Numbered from the stretch's first letter, positions 18,546-27,140 are shown. The stretch: DNA of 64,000 nucleotides from Eubacteriales bacterium (GCA_045588575.1 JAZNEJ010000008.1:261492-325491), one strand, 5' to 3'. Numbers and translations are program-made. Notes: generated by a model from the sequence alone, not told the origin.

Positions 18546-19655
18546 GTGAAAAGAGCATTACCCATTGTGTTAGCGGCAATAATATGTTTATTGTTGGTTG
18601 GCTACGCGGGTTTACATAAACCGGAACCAAGCATTCCTAACAGTTCTATCAATTCTAGTGAACCTAGCGGTTCAGCCGAGTCAAACAGTTCTACCGAGAC
18701 AAGCAGCTCTGCTGAGTCAAGCACACCAACAACATCGAGCGAGCCTGTGGATAATACCTCTTCGGAAAACTCATCCGAAGAACCAACCACTTCGAGCAAA
18801 CCCGTAGACAACAACTCTTCAAACAACTCGTCCGAAGCGTCCAATACTTCAAGCGGTCCTGAGGATAATACATCTTCGGAAGGTTCCTCCGAAGCACCAA
18901 CTACATCAAGCAGACCTTCGGATAATACGTCTTCAAACAGCTCATCGCAAACATCCTCCGAGGCACCAACAACGTCGAGTATTCCCTCGGAAAGTTCCAA
19001 TTCCCGCCCAGAGAGTTGGCTTGATATTTCCGGCCTAACCTACACTCAAGCTGATGTTGGTAAGGTTGTTGGGTATACCTCCGTGTTTGGCGAAGATATT
19101 ACGGTTGTTTCGGTTGAAGAAGGAACCACGGCGGATGGCAGAAAATTTATTGAAGTCAATTTTTCGTTCCATACATCATCACACGGTTCCTCTGTCGTAA
19201 AAATTGAGTGTGAGTATTGCCATGAATTTCCTTGTCCCAATGGCGGCGATGAGGACTGTCCCGAATACGATCCTCTAAAAGACGGTTCCGTCACCTGCCA
19301 ACAATGTGGTAGACCTTATGGCGATGGTTATAACGGCACTTGTCATAGTAAAATCGATTGGGAACATGGCGGTTTTACTTTCTGTAACCACCTCGACGAT
19401 CTTTCTGAAAGAATTGGGGTATATGAGCAGGAAAAAGTCGAAATCGGAGGCGGATATTATAATCGCCTAAAGGTATATACTTTGGAGAAAAGTGATGAGC
19501 AACAAGAGCTTTTTGTTCAAGCATTTGAAAACGCTTTCGGTTATACTCCTATCCACATCAATTGTATGTCAATTGGAAAACATTTAATTGGTAACAGCGA
19601 TACCCCTCAAGAAGTTTTTTGCTATTTTCGCTATTACGAAGAGACAGAACCTTAA
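18546..19655 (+). CDS. Membrane-anchored or exported protein with a Ser/Thr/Glu/Pro-rich repeat linker and a Cys/His-rich C-terminal domain
   Basis: 369 aa, GTG start. N-terminal hydrophobic helix, about 4.5 copies of a 19-aa repeat, then CEYCHEFPCPNGGDEDCPEYD..CQQCGRPYGDGYNGTCHSKIDWEHGGFTFCNH. Confidence 0.65.
   Translation: MKRALPIVLAAIICLLLVGYAGLHKPEPSIPNSSINSSEPSGSAESNSSTETSSSAESSTPTTSSEPVDNTSSENSSEEPTTSSKPVDNNSSNNSSEASNTSSGPEDNTSSEGSSEAPTTSSRPSDNTSSNSSSQTSSEAPTTSSIPSESSNSRPESWLDISGLTYTQADVGKVVGYTSVFGEDITVVSVEEGTTADGRKFIEVNFSFHTSSHGSSVVKIECEYCHEFPCPNGGDEDCPEYDPLKDGSVTCQQCGRPYGDGYNGTCHSKIDWEHGGFTFCNHLDDLSERIGVYEQEKVEIGGGYYNRLKVYTLEKSDEQQELFVQAFENAFGYTPIHINCMSIGKHLIGNSDTPQEVFCYFRYYEETEP
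18731..18990 (+). repeat. In-frame ~57-bp tandem coding repeats (TSSxPxDNxSSxxSSExxx)
   Basis: Repeats read from the translation: TSSEPVDNTSSENSSEEPT / TSSKPVDNNSSNNSSEASN / TSSGPEDNTSSEGSSEAPT / TSSRPSDNTSSNSSSQTSSEAPT / TSSIPSESS. Confidence 0.8.
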
Positions 19656-19778
19656 ATGGTCAGATTAACTGGCTCTTGTTCGGACGGAACAAAAGCCAAT
19701 CTTGCTGGCACATCGTTTTATGATAATATAACCTATTAATTTGCGCATTTTAGTCTTCTCTGGAGACGATAGAAAAAT

Positions 19779-19865
19779 CCTTGGCGATGGTTAAATAATG
19801 GCACTTGTCACGGACTTATTGACTGGGCTAACGGTGGAAAACTGATTTGCAATCACTACGATTAA
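19779..19865 (+). pseudogene. Decayed duplicate of the Cys-rich motif region of the preceding gene
   Basis: CCTTGGCGATGGTTAAATAATGGCACTTGTCAC...AATCACTACGATTAA parallels 19312-19398 (PYGDGYNGTCHSKIDWEHGGFTFCNH). It has a 2-nt deletion and reads ..NNGTCHGLIDWANGGKLICNHYD*. Confidence 0.6.
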
Positions 19866-19902
19866 TATAATATAGTCTTAAACAAATATTTCAGCCCCTT
19901 TG

Positions 19903-19940
19903 AGCCAATAACCTTAACTGGTTATTGGCTCTTTTTATTT
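19903..19940 (+). terminator. Rho-independent terminator (plus-strand sense)
   Basis: AGCCAATAACC-TTAACT-GGTTATTGGCT followed by CTTTTTATTT. Confidence 0.75.
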
Positions 19941-20101
19941 TGGCGCACTTTAAGGGACTGCTGCTCGCCCCAAGGGCTCGGCCACTCGCGGCTCTGACCG
20001 TTCCCCGAACGGTCATTCACTACCGCTCGCCTTCGAGTCCCTTAATTTAAAATTGACGAACAAAAAAATAAGCAGCCACCCCAAAGGGTAACTGCTTATT
20101 T
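19941..20101 (-). repeat. tRNA-Arg(ACG)-linked module. In tRNA sense it reads terminator, linker, antisense T-arm, 72-nt core, 19-nt tRNA 3'-end copy.
   Basis: On the plus strand, TTCGAGTCCCTTAA at 20032-20045 is an inverted copy of the tRNA T-loop, T-stem and acceptor start. The 19-mer is at 19941-19959. The terminator hairpin is at 20068-20099. Confidence 0.9.
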
Positions 20102-20178
20102 TGGCGCACTTTAAGGGACTCGAACCCCTGACCTTCTGGTTCGTAGCCAGACACTCTATCCAGCTGAGCTAAAAGTGC
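20102..20178 (-). tRNA. tRNA-Arg (anticodon ACG), CCA encoded
   Basis: The reverse complement folds as acceptor GCACTTT/AAAGTGC; D-arm GCTC-AGCTGGATA-GAGT; anticodon arm TCTGG-CTACGAA-CCAGA (ACG at positions 34-36); variable loop AGGTC; T-arm AGGGG-TTCGAGT-CCCTT; discriminator G; CCA. Confidence 0.92.
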
Positions 20179-20208
20179 AATTTCGCTCTGCGGGCGTTCC
20201 GCCGTATT

Positions 20209-20237
20209 ATGATAGCACAAAGACAAACAAAAAGCAA
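20209..20237 (-). promoter_or_regulatory. Candidate extended -10 promoter for tRNA-Arg(ACG)
   Basis: On the minus strand: TTGCTT, a 17-nt spacer ending in TGC, then TATCAT. It lies about 30 nt upstream of the tRNA 5' end. Confidence 0.45.
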
Positions 20238-20297
20238 GCATTTTAAGCTAATTTTGAAAAAATATTTTTTATTGACGTATAAAAATAGCCCGTTTGT

Positions 20298-20326
20298 TTG
20301 ACAAAGCGTGTGGCTTGTTATATAAT
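20298..20326 (+). promoter_or_regulatory. Consensus sigma-A promoter of mnmE-mnmG
   Basis: TTGACA (20298-20303), a 17-nt spacer, then TATAAT (20321-20326). Confidence 0.65.
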
Positions 20327-20382
20327 AATATAATATCTACATCTAACGAAAGGCGGCGGTTTAAACGGAAAGGAACGATACC

Positions 20383-21750
20383 ATTGCGGCAGTTGCAACG
20401 GCAAGAGGCACGGGCGGCGTTGCGGTTATAAGAATAAGTGGCGAAGATGCCTTGAAAATCACTCAAAAGGTTTTTAAAACCGCCAAAAAAAGCTTTTCTC
20501 CCGAGCCGAGATACGTTTATTTCGGAAAAATTGAGCAAGACGGAAGAGTAATTGATACCGCTCTTTTAACCTATTTCAAGGCTCCGGCATCCTATACCGG
20601 CGAGGACGTTTGCGAAATAAGCTGCCATGGCGGAATAAAAGTAACCGAACAGGTTTTAATTACAATTCTTTCGGCGGGAGCTCGAATGGCGCTTCCCGGT
20701 GAATTTACCAAAAGAGCGTTTATAAACGGCAAGCTTCTTTTAGATGAAGCCGAAGCGGTTGGCGAAATAATAAATGCCGACAGCGACGCCTGCTTAAAAG
20801 CGGCGGCAAGCAACTTGGTAAGCGGCGCAGGCAAGGCGCTTTCGGAAGAAAAAGAAACCTTAAAAGATATTTTGGCAAGATTTTTTGCAGTTATAGACTG
20901 GCCGGACGAAGAAATTGAGGAAGACGATTTTAATTCGTTAAGCGCCAAGCTTTTAAAAGTAAAAGAAAGCTTTACCGAGCTTCTTTCAACGGCAAAAAGC
21001 GGCAGAATAATTAAAAACGGCGTGAAAACCGCAATAATAGGAAAGCCAAACGCAGGAAAATCCACCCTTATGAACGCTTTGGCAGATTACGAGCGAAGCA
21101 TAGTAACCTCAATTCCCGGAACAACGAGAGACGTTGTTAACGAAACCGTTTCCATAGGCGGCATAAAGCTTGAAATATCCGATACTGCGGGTATCAGAAG
21201 CTCCGATGACGAAATTGAAAAAATAGGCATAGAAAAAGCTTTTTCGGAGCTTGAAAAAGCCGAACTCGTAATTTACACCGTCGACACCACCTCGAAAATC
21301 GACGAAGAAGAAATTAAGCTTGCCGCCAAAATAAAGGCGGAAAAGAAACCCACTGTGGCGGTGTTTACAAAACAGGATTTAAGTGAAATAACCTTAACCG
21401 AGGCAAAGGAAATTTTAAAAGAGCTCGGTCTTAACTGTAAATATGCCGTAATTTCGGCAAAAAACCGCAAAGGACTTGAAGCGCTCTCGAAGGAAATTGA
21501 AAAAATAACGGGAGTAAACGAGATAACCGAAGGCAAGCCGGTTTTGTTAAACGAAAGGCAAATAGGCTGTTTAATTAAAGCAAACGAAGCGGTAGACGCC
21601 GCAATAGAGCTTATAAAAGAAAGAGAAATGCCCGATAAAATTGCCGAGGAATTAACAGCGGCGATAGAGGCGGTTTCGTCGCTTGACGGAACCAAGGCAG
21701 ATGAAGAAATTTTAAAAACCATTTTCTCAAAATTCTGCGTGGGCAAATAA
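20383..21750 (+). CDS. mnmE: tRNA modification GTPase MnmE (TrmE); start codon uncertain and non-canonical
   Basis: G-domain motifs GKPNAGKST, DTAG and TKQD, and the C-terminal FCVGK. Conserved N-terminal residues DTIAAVATARGTGGVAVIRISG are encoded upstream of the track's TTG at 20452. An in-frame stop lies at 20362-20364. Confidence 0.9.
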   Translation: MAAVATARGTGGVAVIRISGEDALKITQKVFKTAKKSFSPEPRYVYFGKIEQDGRVIDTALLTYFKAPASYTGEDVCEISCHGGIKVTEQVLITILSAGARMALPGEFTKRAFINGKLLLDEAEAVGEIINADSDACLKAAASNLVSGAGKALSEEKETLKDILARFFAVIDWPDEEIEEDDFNSLSAKLLKVKESFTELLSTAKSGRIIKNGVKTAIIGKPNAGKSTLMNALADYERSIVTSIPGTTRDVVNETVSIGGIKLEISDTAGIRSSDDEIEKIGIEKAFSELEKAELVIYTVDTTSKIDEEEIKLAAKIKAEKKPTVAVFTKQDLSEITLTEAKEILKELGLNCKYAVISAKNRKGLEALSKEIEKITGVNEITEGKPVLLNERQIGCLIKANEAVDAAIELIKEREMPDKIAEELTAAIEAVSSLDGTKADEEILKTIFSKFCVGK

Positions 21751-21764
21751 AGGAGTAAAACGTT

Positions 21765-23681
21765 TTGCAAGGATATATTGCTGAAAGCTATGATATTGCA
21801 GTCATCGGCGCAGGCCACGCGGGCATTGAAGCGGCGCTTGCGGCGGCAAGGCTCGGTCTTAAAACCATAATATTTTCAATAAATTTGGATTCGGTTGGCA
21901 ATATGCCCTGTAATCCCTCAATCGGCGGCACCGCAAAGGGCCATTTAGTAAGAGAAATAGATGCGCTCGGCGGCGAGATGGGAAAAGCGGCCGATAAATG
22001 CGCAATTCAAATAAAAATGTTAAACCGCGGCAAAGGTCCCGCAGTTTACAGTTTAAGAGCGCAAATAGACCGCAAACGCTATTCCGAATATATGAAGCAG
22101 GTAATTGAGCGCACCGAAAATCTCGACTTAAAGCAAGCGGAAATAACCGAAATCCGCTTTAAAGAGGGAGCAGACGGCAAAAAAGAGGTTGAAAGCGTTG
22201 TAACGCATCTCGGCGCGGTTTATCCCGTTAAGGCGGCAATAGTTGCAACGGGAACCTATTTAAAGGGCAGAGTTTTAATAGGCGAGGTTAATTTTCCCTC
22301 GGGACCCGACGGTCTTTTCCCCTCAATAAATCTTTCAAAAAGCTTAAAAAGCGCGGGAATAAAGCTCGTCAGATTTAAAACGGGAACCCCTGCGAGAATT
22401 AAAAAATCTTCAATAGATTACAGCAAAACCGAGCTTCAGGAGGGCGAAACCGACCTTTGTCCTTTTTCGTTTACCTCAAAAGCGCCGCCCAAAAACAAGG
22501 CGGTTTGCCACTTAACCTACACGAACGACGAAACCAAAAGGGTAATAATGGAGAATTTAGACCGTTCTCCGCTTTACACGGGCGTAATTGAGGGCGTTGG
22601 TCCGAGATATTGTCCCTCGATTGAAGATAAGGTAGTGCGCTTTGCCGATAAAAAAAGGCATCAGCTCTTTTTAGAGCCGATGGGCCTTTCGACCGACGAA
22701 ATTTACGTTCAGGGCATTTCGTCATCGCTTCCCGAGGACGTTCAGCTTTCACTTATGAAAACCATTCCCGGCCTTGAAAACGTTAAGATAATGAGAACGG
22801 CATACGCCATTGAATACGATTGCATTGAGCCCACCGAGTTAAAGCCGAGCTTGGAATTCAAAAAGATTAACGGCCTTTTCGGCGCAGGGCAGTTTAACGG
22901 AACGTCGGGCTACGAGGAGGCGGCGGCGCAAGGTCTTATTGCAGGCATTAACGCCGTTAAAAAGATAAAAGGGGAGGAGCCTTTAATACTTCTTCGCTCA
23001 AGCTCATATATCGGCACTCTTATTGACGATTTGGTAACCAAGGGCACAAACGAGCCTTACAGAATGATGACCTCCCGCTCGGAATACCGCCTTATTTTAA
23101 GGCAGGATAACGCCGACGTAAGACTCACTCCCATAGGCTATGAAATAGGGCTTATAGACCAAAAAAGATATAACGGATTTTTGAGAAAGCAAAAAAAGGT
23201 TTCAAAAGAGCTTGAAAGAGTAAAAAAGGTAACGGTAAAGCCCTCGAAGGCGGTTAACGACGCTTTGATTTCGGTTGAAAGCGAGCCTTTAAAAACGGGA
23301 GTAAGACTTTCGGAGCTTATTAAGCGTCCGAGAGTTACCTACGAGCTTCTTTCGGTTGGCGATTTTGAAAGACCGAAGCTTTCGAAGGATATAACCGAAG
23401 AGGTTGAAATATTATTAAAGTACGACGGATATATTAAACGTGAGGAAAGAGAAGCGGAGAAATTCGTTAAAGAAGAATCGAAGCTTTTGCCTCAAAATAC
23501 CGATTACACCAAAATAACGGGACTTCGCTTGGAAGCACGGCAAAAGCTTCAGAAAATGCGTCCCGTAAGCATTGGTCAGGCATCGAGAATATCGGGCGTA
23601 TCTCCCGCCGATATTGCGGTTTTGGTGCTGTGGCTTCAAAATAAGGGTATTCCCAAAAACGAAAAAAAGAGCGGTGATTAA
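21765..23681 (+). CDS. mnmG: tRNA uridine 5-carboxymethylaminomethyl modification enzyme MnmG (GidA)
   Basis: 638 aa. FAD-binding motif [16 protein letters not shown], GidA signature regions ([11 protein letters not shown]), and a TTG start 9 nt after AAAGGAG. Confidence 0.95.
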   Translation: MQGYIAESYDIAVIGAGHAGIEAALAAARLGLKTIIFSINLDSVGNMPCNPSIGGTAKGHLVREIDALGGEMGKAADKCAIQIKMLNRGKGPAVYSLRAQIDRKRYSEYMKQVIERTENLDLKQAEITEIRFKEGADGKKEVESVVTHLGAVYPVKAAIVATGTYLKGRVLIGEVNFPSGPDGLFPSINLSKSLKSAGIKLVRFKTGTPARIKKSSIDYSKTELQEGETDLCPFSFTSKAPPKNKAVCHLTYTNDETKRVIMENLDRSPLYTGVIEGVGPRYCPSIEDKVVRFADKKRHQLFLEPMGLSTDEIYVQGISSSLPEDVQLSLMKTIPGLENVKIMRTAYAIEYDCIEPTELKPSLEFKKINGLFGAGQFNGTSGYEEAAAQGLIAGINAVKKIKGEEPLILLRSSSYIGTLIDDLVTKGTNEPYRMMTSRSEYRLILRQDNADVRLTPIGYEIGLIDQKRYNGFLRKQKKVSKELERVKKVTVKPSKAVNDALISVESEPLKTGVRLSELIKRPRVTYELLSVGDFERPKLSKDITEEVEILLKYDGYIKREEREAEKFVKEESKLLPQNTDYTKITGLRLEARQKLQKMRPVSIGQASRISGVSPADIAVLVLWLQNKGIPKNEKKSGD

Positions 23682-23682
23682 A

Positions 23683-25494
23683 ATGAAAAGCAATAAAGCA
23701 ATATTTAAAAGCTTTAAAAAAGGCTTTGCTTTAGCCTTGTGCTTTTGCTTGGTTGCTTTATGCTTTTTAACTATCACCTATGCGAGTGCCAACGAGCTTT
23801 CGCTTGCCTCGGGTGAAAGCCACGTTTTAACCGACGGAGATTATAACCTTACCGTTAACGCAACCAAGGAAAATCCTGCGGTTATAAGCGGCGGAAGCTA
23901 TAAAGGGAACTTAACGGTTAACGGTGAAAATTTCATTATTAAAAACGTATTTTTCGAGGGCGGAAGCCTTACCGTTAACGGAAAAAACGTGAAAATAGAA
24001 TTCTGCTCGTTTACCTCCTTTGGAGCGGTTTCGTTAAGCGGCGAGGAAATAACCCTTTCGGAGCTTGATTTCTTTAAATCAAGCGGAGTTAAATTAAAAA
24101 ACGTAAACGGAGCGGCTGTTAAAAACTGCTTTTTCACTCTTTGCGAGACGGGAATAGTTGCCGAAAACGTTGATTTTTCATATATTTCAAGCGGCGGTAA
24201 ATTCGGAAACGTTAAAAACACCGATTTTTACGGCTGTAAAACCGCAATAAGCCTTTTATCTTGCGAGGACGTTTATTTGGAGGAAGGCACAATAACGGGA
24301 AGCGAAACCGGAATAAGCCTTAACTTCGTAGATGCGTTTAAAATTTTAAACTGTTCGGTTTTCAAAAACCAAACGGGAATAAACCTTTCAAAAACAAACT
24401 GCATTATAGAAACGGTTTTGTTTTACAATAACGTCTTGAACGTTAAAAATTCGGGTGAAAACACCGTTAAAGCGTTAAATTCGGCATCGGTTGGCAATCT
24501 TTTTGACGTTAGCGCAGGCATAACCGAAGAAAACTGCAAGGTATTGCAAGAAAACGAATTTAAAAACCGCTTTTCCTTTAATAAAGCCGAAGATTATGAA
24601 GACTTTTTGCTCACTATGGGCGTTAGAGTAGAGGTAAGCGGCGGAAGCCTTAATTTCGAGCCCGATAATAACTATCTTTATATTGAAAACTCAAATTTAT
24701 TTTTAAATAACCGTCTTTTTTCCAAGGCGGAGCTTAAATTTAAAGAGGCAGGCGATATCTACGGCGAATTAAGCGTTAAAACCTTTAACAATGCGCCGTG
24801 GATTTCGGGAAGCGCAAACAAAATTATTTTTGAAAAAACCAAAGACCGCAAAAGCTATATAACCGAGCCGTTTAGATTAACGGCAATGACAAGCGAAATA
24901 AGCTTAAAGCTTTCGCTCGTGGGCAGATTTGAGCTTGATTATATTGCCTTTTTGCCCGATATTGATTTTACTGCCGAATATTTAAACGAAAACACCGTTA
25001 AAATAACCTTAACGGGTAACTCGTCTCCCGTTTTTTCGGGGGAAAACGGCTTTGAGGTAAGCGGAATAAACGCTAGCTTTACTCCCGTTTTCAAGGGCGG
25101 AAAAACCGTTTTGCTCGTTTTCGATAAAAACGTTGAAAACGAGATGAAGCGTGCCGAAATAACGATAAAGCCTGAGGCGTTATATGAAACCTTTGCCTCG
25201 CTTCTTTCGGGTAAAGACGTTTTGGGAAGAAGTCCTTCGGAAGAAAAAGAAGCTCTTTTGCTTGAAACCGAGCAGGACTACTTAATTGAAAAAATTTCGG
25301 GGAAAATAGCCGTTCCCGCAAAGGATTTAATGGAGCTTGCAATTGAGCTCGGCATTGCCGTTTTAATAATAGGAGTTATCTCGGCTGCGGTGGCTTTTGC
25401 CTTCATTTTCTTCAAAAAGCGAAATCAGTTAAATAAATTTGCAAAAAAAGGACGAAGAGCTTTAAGAAACCGCAGAAAAGCCAAAAAGTTTTAA
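23683..25494 (+). CDS. Exported parallel beta-helix repeat protein with a C-terminal TM anchor and basic tail
   Basis: The ATG at 23683 gives a signal peptide (MKSNKAIF..TITYASA). About 22-aa periodic N/G/V-rich repeats (NVKNxxF, GIxLxxxxN) are typical of right-handed beta-helices. The C-terminus has a TM helix then KKRNQLNKFAKKGRRALRNRRKAKKF. The track start at 23572 overlaps mnmG. Confidence 0.75.
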   Translation: MKSNKAIFKSFKKGFALALCFCLVALCFLTITYASANELSLASGESHVLTDGDYNLTVNATKENPAVISGGSYKGNLTVNGENFIIKNVFFEGGSLTVNGKNVKIEFCSFTSFGAVSLSGEEITLSELDFFKSSGVKLKNVNGAAVKNCFFTLCETGIVAENVDFSYISSGGKFGNVKNTDFYGCKTAISLLSCEDVYLEEGTITGSETGISLNFVDAFKILNCSVFKNQTGINLSKTNCIIETVLFYNNVLNVKNSGENTVKALNSASVGNLFDVSAGITEENCKVLQENEFKNRFSFNKAEDYEDFLLTMGVRVEVSGGSLNFEPDNNYLYIENSNLFLNNRLFSKAELKFKEAGDIYGELSVKTFNNAPWISGSANKIIFEKTKDRKSYITEPFRLTAMTSEISLKLSLVGRFELDYIAFLPDIDFTAEYLNENTVKITLTGNSSPVFSGENGFEVSGINASFTPVFKGGKTVLLVFDKNVENEMKRAEITIKPEALYETFASLLSGKDVLGRSPSEEKEALLLETEQDYLIEKISGKIAVPAKDLMELAIELGIAVLIIGVISAAVAFAFIFFKKRNQLNKFAKKGRRALRNRRKAKKF

Positions 25495-25510
25495 TGAAAG
25501 GTGAGAAAAA

Positions 25511-26419
25511 ATGAAAAAGACGCTTTTATTCACAACCGTTTTAATATGCTTTGCAGCTGTTTTGGCCTGTTGTGCGCCGCCTGATAATTCTTCCTTGCCA
25601 AGCGGCGAGCCTTCATCTGAAACGGGCGCTTCAAGCGAAACAACGTCAAGTGAAACGGCTTCAAGCGAAATAACTTCAAGCCTGCCCGACTCAAAATACG
25701 CTTTAACAGAAGGCTTTAAGGAAGAAAATCTTTCGCGTTACGAGGCTTACGCCGAAAAACATAAAAACCTCACCGATGAAGAAACGGTAAGGCTTGTAAA
25801 TTATAATTTCGATATAAAATTCTACACTGAAATAAAGACGTCTCCCAATTTACACAGCAAATACGTGCTTGTAAATAAGTGGTATGCGCTCCCCGCCGAT
25901 TACGTTCCGCAAAATCTCGTTAAGCTTACTGCCGAATACGGAAATACGAGAATGAGTCTTGTAAAAGAGGCGTATGACGCCTTTATTGAGCTTGTTGATG
26001 CGGCAAAAGCCGACGGCTACGGTCTTTACGGACAGTCGGCATACAGAGATTACGCCATGCAGGAGGCTCTTTACAATAAATATTTAAAAAATGAGGGCGG
26101 AAACGTTGCCGCCGTTGACCTTTACAGCGCAAGACCGGGGCATTCCGAGCATCAAACGGGCTACGCTATCGACGTTTTGAACAAAAAAGGCGGCTCAATG
26201 GGCGGTTTCGGCAAAACCGAAAGCTACCTCTGGCTTAAAGAGCATTGCCACGAATACGGCTGGGTTATCCATTACACTAAGGAAAATAAATTCATAACGG
26301 GCTACGACACGGAGGAGTGGCATATAAGATACGTTGGCGTTACTGCCGCCACCGAAATAAAAGAAAGAGGTATTACCATAGACGAATATCTCATGGAATA
26401 TACCTCTCGTAATTCTTAA
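25511..26419 (+). CDS. D-alanyl-D-alanine carboxypeptidase, M15B (VanY-like), probable lipoprotein
   Basis: Signal peptide with Cys (LACC), a Ser/Thr/Glu linker, and M15 zinc ligands SAYRDY..GHSEHQTGYAIDV..EEWHIRYVG. Confidence 0.85.
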   Translation: MKKTLLFTTVLICFAAVLACCAPPDNSSLPSGEPSSETGASSETTSSETASSEITSSLPDSKYALTEGFKEENLSRYEAYAEKHKNLTDEETVRLVNYNFDIKFYTEIKTSPNLHSKYVLVNKWYALPADYVPQNLVKLTAEYGNTRMSLVKEAYDAFIELVDAAKADGYGLYGQSAYRDYAMQEALYNKYLKNEGGNVAAVDLYSARPGHSEHQTGYAIDVLNKKGGSMGGFGKTESYLWLKEHCHEYGWVIHYTKENKFITGYDTEEWHIRYVGVTAATEIKERGITIDEYLMEYTSRNS

Positions 26420-27081
26420 AGCTTTTTACCCGATAAATTTTCGGTTATAACCTTGGGCGCATTTTTGAAATCGCCCCACTCGGCATCGGCGTTTCGGTAA
26501 TCGAACATTGCGGTATAATCGGCAATGTCTTTCGAAAGATGCGCCCAATGCGCCTTTTGAATTTCGTTTATATACGAACAGAAAAGCTTATAATCGTTTT
26601 TCTTTAATTTGGTTTTTGCACGCTTAATAAGCTCAGCGTAGTGAGGAAGACAAAACTGCGTTTGAGATTTAATCTTTTCTTTAAAAGCTTCGTCGTTTGC
26701 AAAAAGCCAGAAAAGATTTTCATACATATTTTCAAGATAACCGTTAATTCTTTGGCAAACGTAACAGCTTTCGTTAACCGATTCGAAGAATTTTGCCTGA
26801 GAATCGTAATTTTTATCGAGCGCTTCGTTAAGCTCCTGCAAATGACTTTGAAGCAAAAGCGCAAGCGGAAGCGACTTTTTGGCGCCGTGCATTTTTTGAA
26901 GATGCTCATGGCAAAAGCCCAAACGGTTGGTTGCAATTCTAACGTCGGGCTCCATCATTGAGGCGCCTAAAATAAGGTCGAGCTCGTTTTTTTCGAGAGT
27001 TTCGAAAAGTCGGCACATAGGACATCCGTCGTTGTGCTCAAAGGCTTCGTTAATGGGAATGGTGTAAATTTTTTCAGGCAT
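26416..27081 (-). CDS. Cys/His-rich hypothetical protein
   Basis: 221 aa from the ATG at 27081, which follows AAAAGGTGA. Motifs CPMC, FCHEH, CYVC and CLPH suggest metal binding. Family not confidently recognised. Confidence 0.6.
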   Translation of the reverse strand: MPEKIYTIPINEAFEHNDGCPMCRLFETLEKNELDLILGASMMEPDVRIATNRLGFCHEHLQKMHGAKKSLPLALLLQSHLQELNEALDKNYDSQAKFFESVNESCYVCQRINGYLENMYENLFWLFANDEAFKEKIKSQTQFCLPHYAELIKRAKTKLKKNDYKLFCSYINEIQKAHWAHLSKDIADYTAMFDYRNADAEWGDFKNAPKVITENLSGKKL

Positions 27082-27140
27082 AAAAATCACCTTTTCAGAA
27101 TAGATACTATAATTATACAACAAAAAAGAGGAATAAACAA

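Noticed and set aside
18602-19000. 132-aa minus-strand ORF and alternative-frame ORFs over the Ser/Thr repeat region
   Set aside because: They are generated by the low-complexity 57-bp repeats. The plus-strand frame is the only one continuous with a signal anchor and a C-terminal domain.
23572-23682. Upstream extension of the beta-helix protein ORF overlapping the mnmG 3' end
   Set aside because: It overlaps 110 nt of mnmG in another frame. The ATG at 23683 yields a canonical signal peptide.
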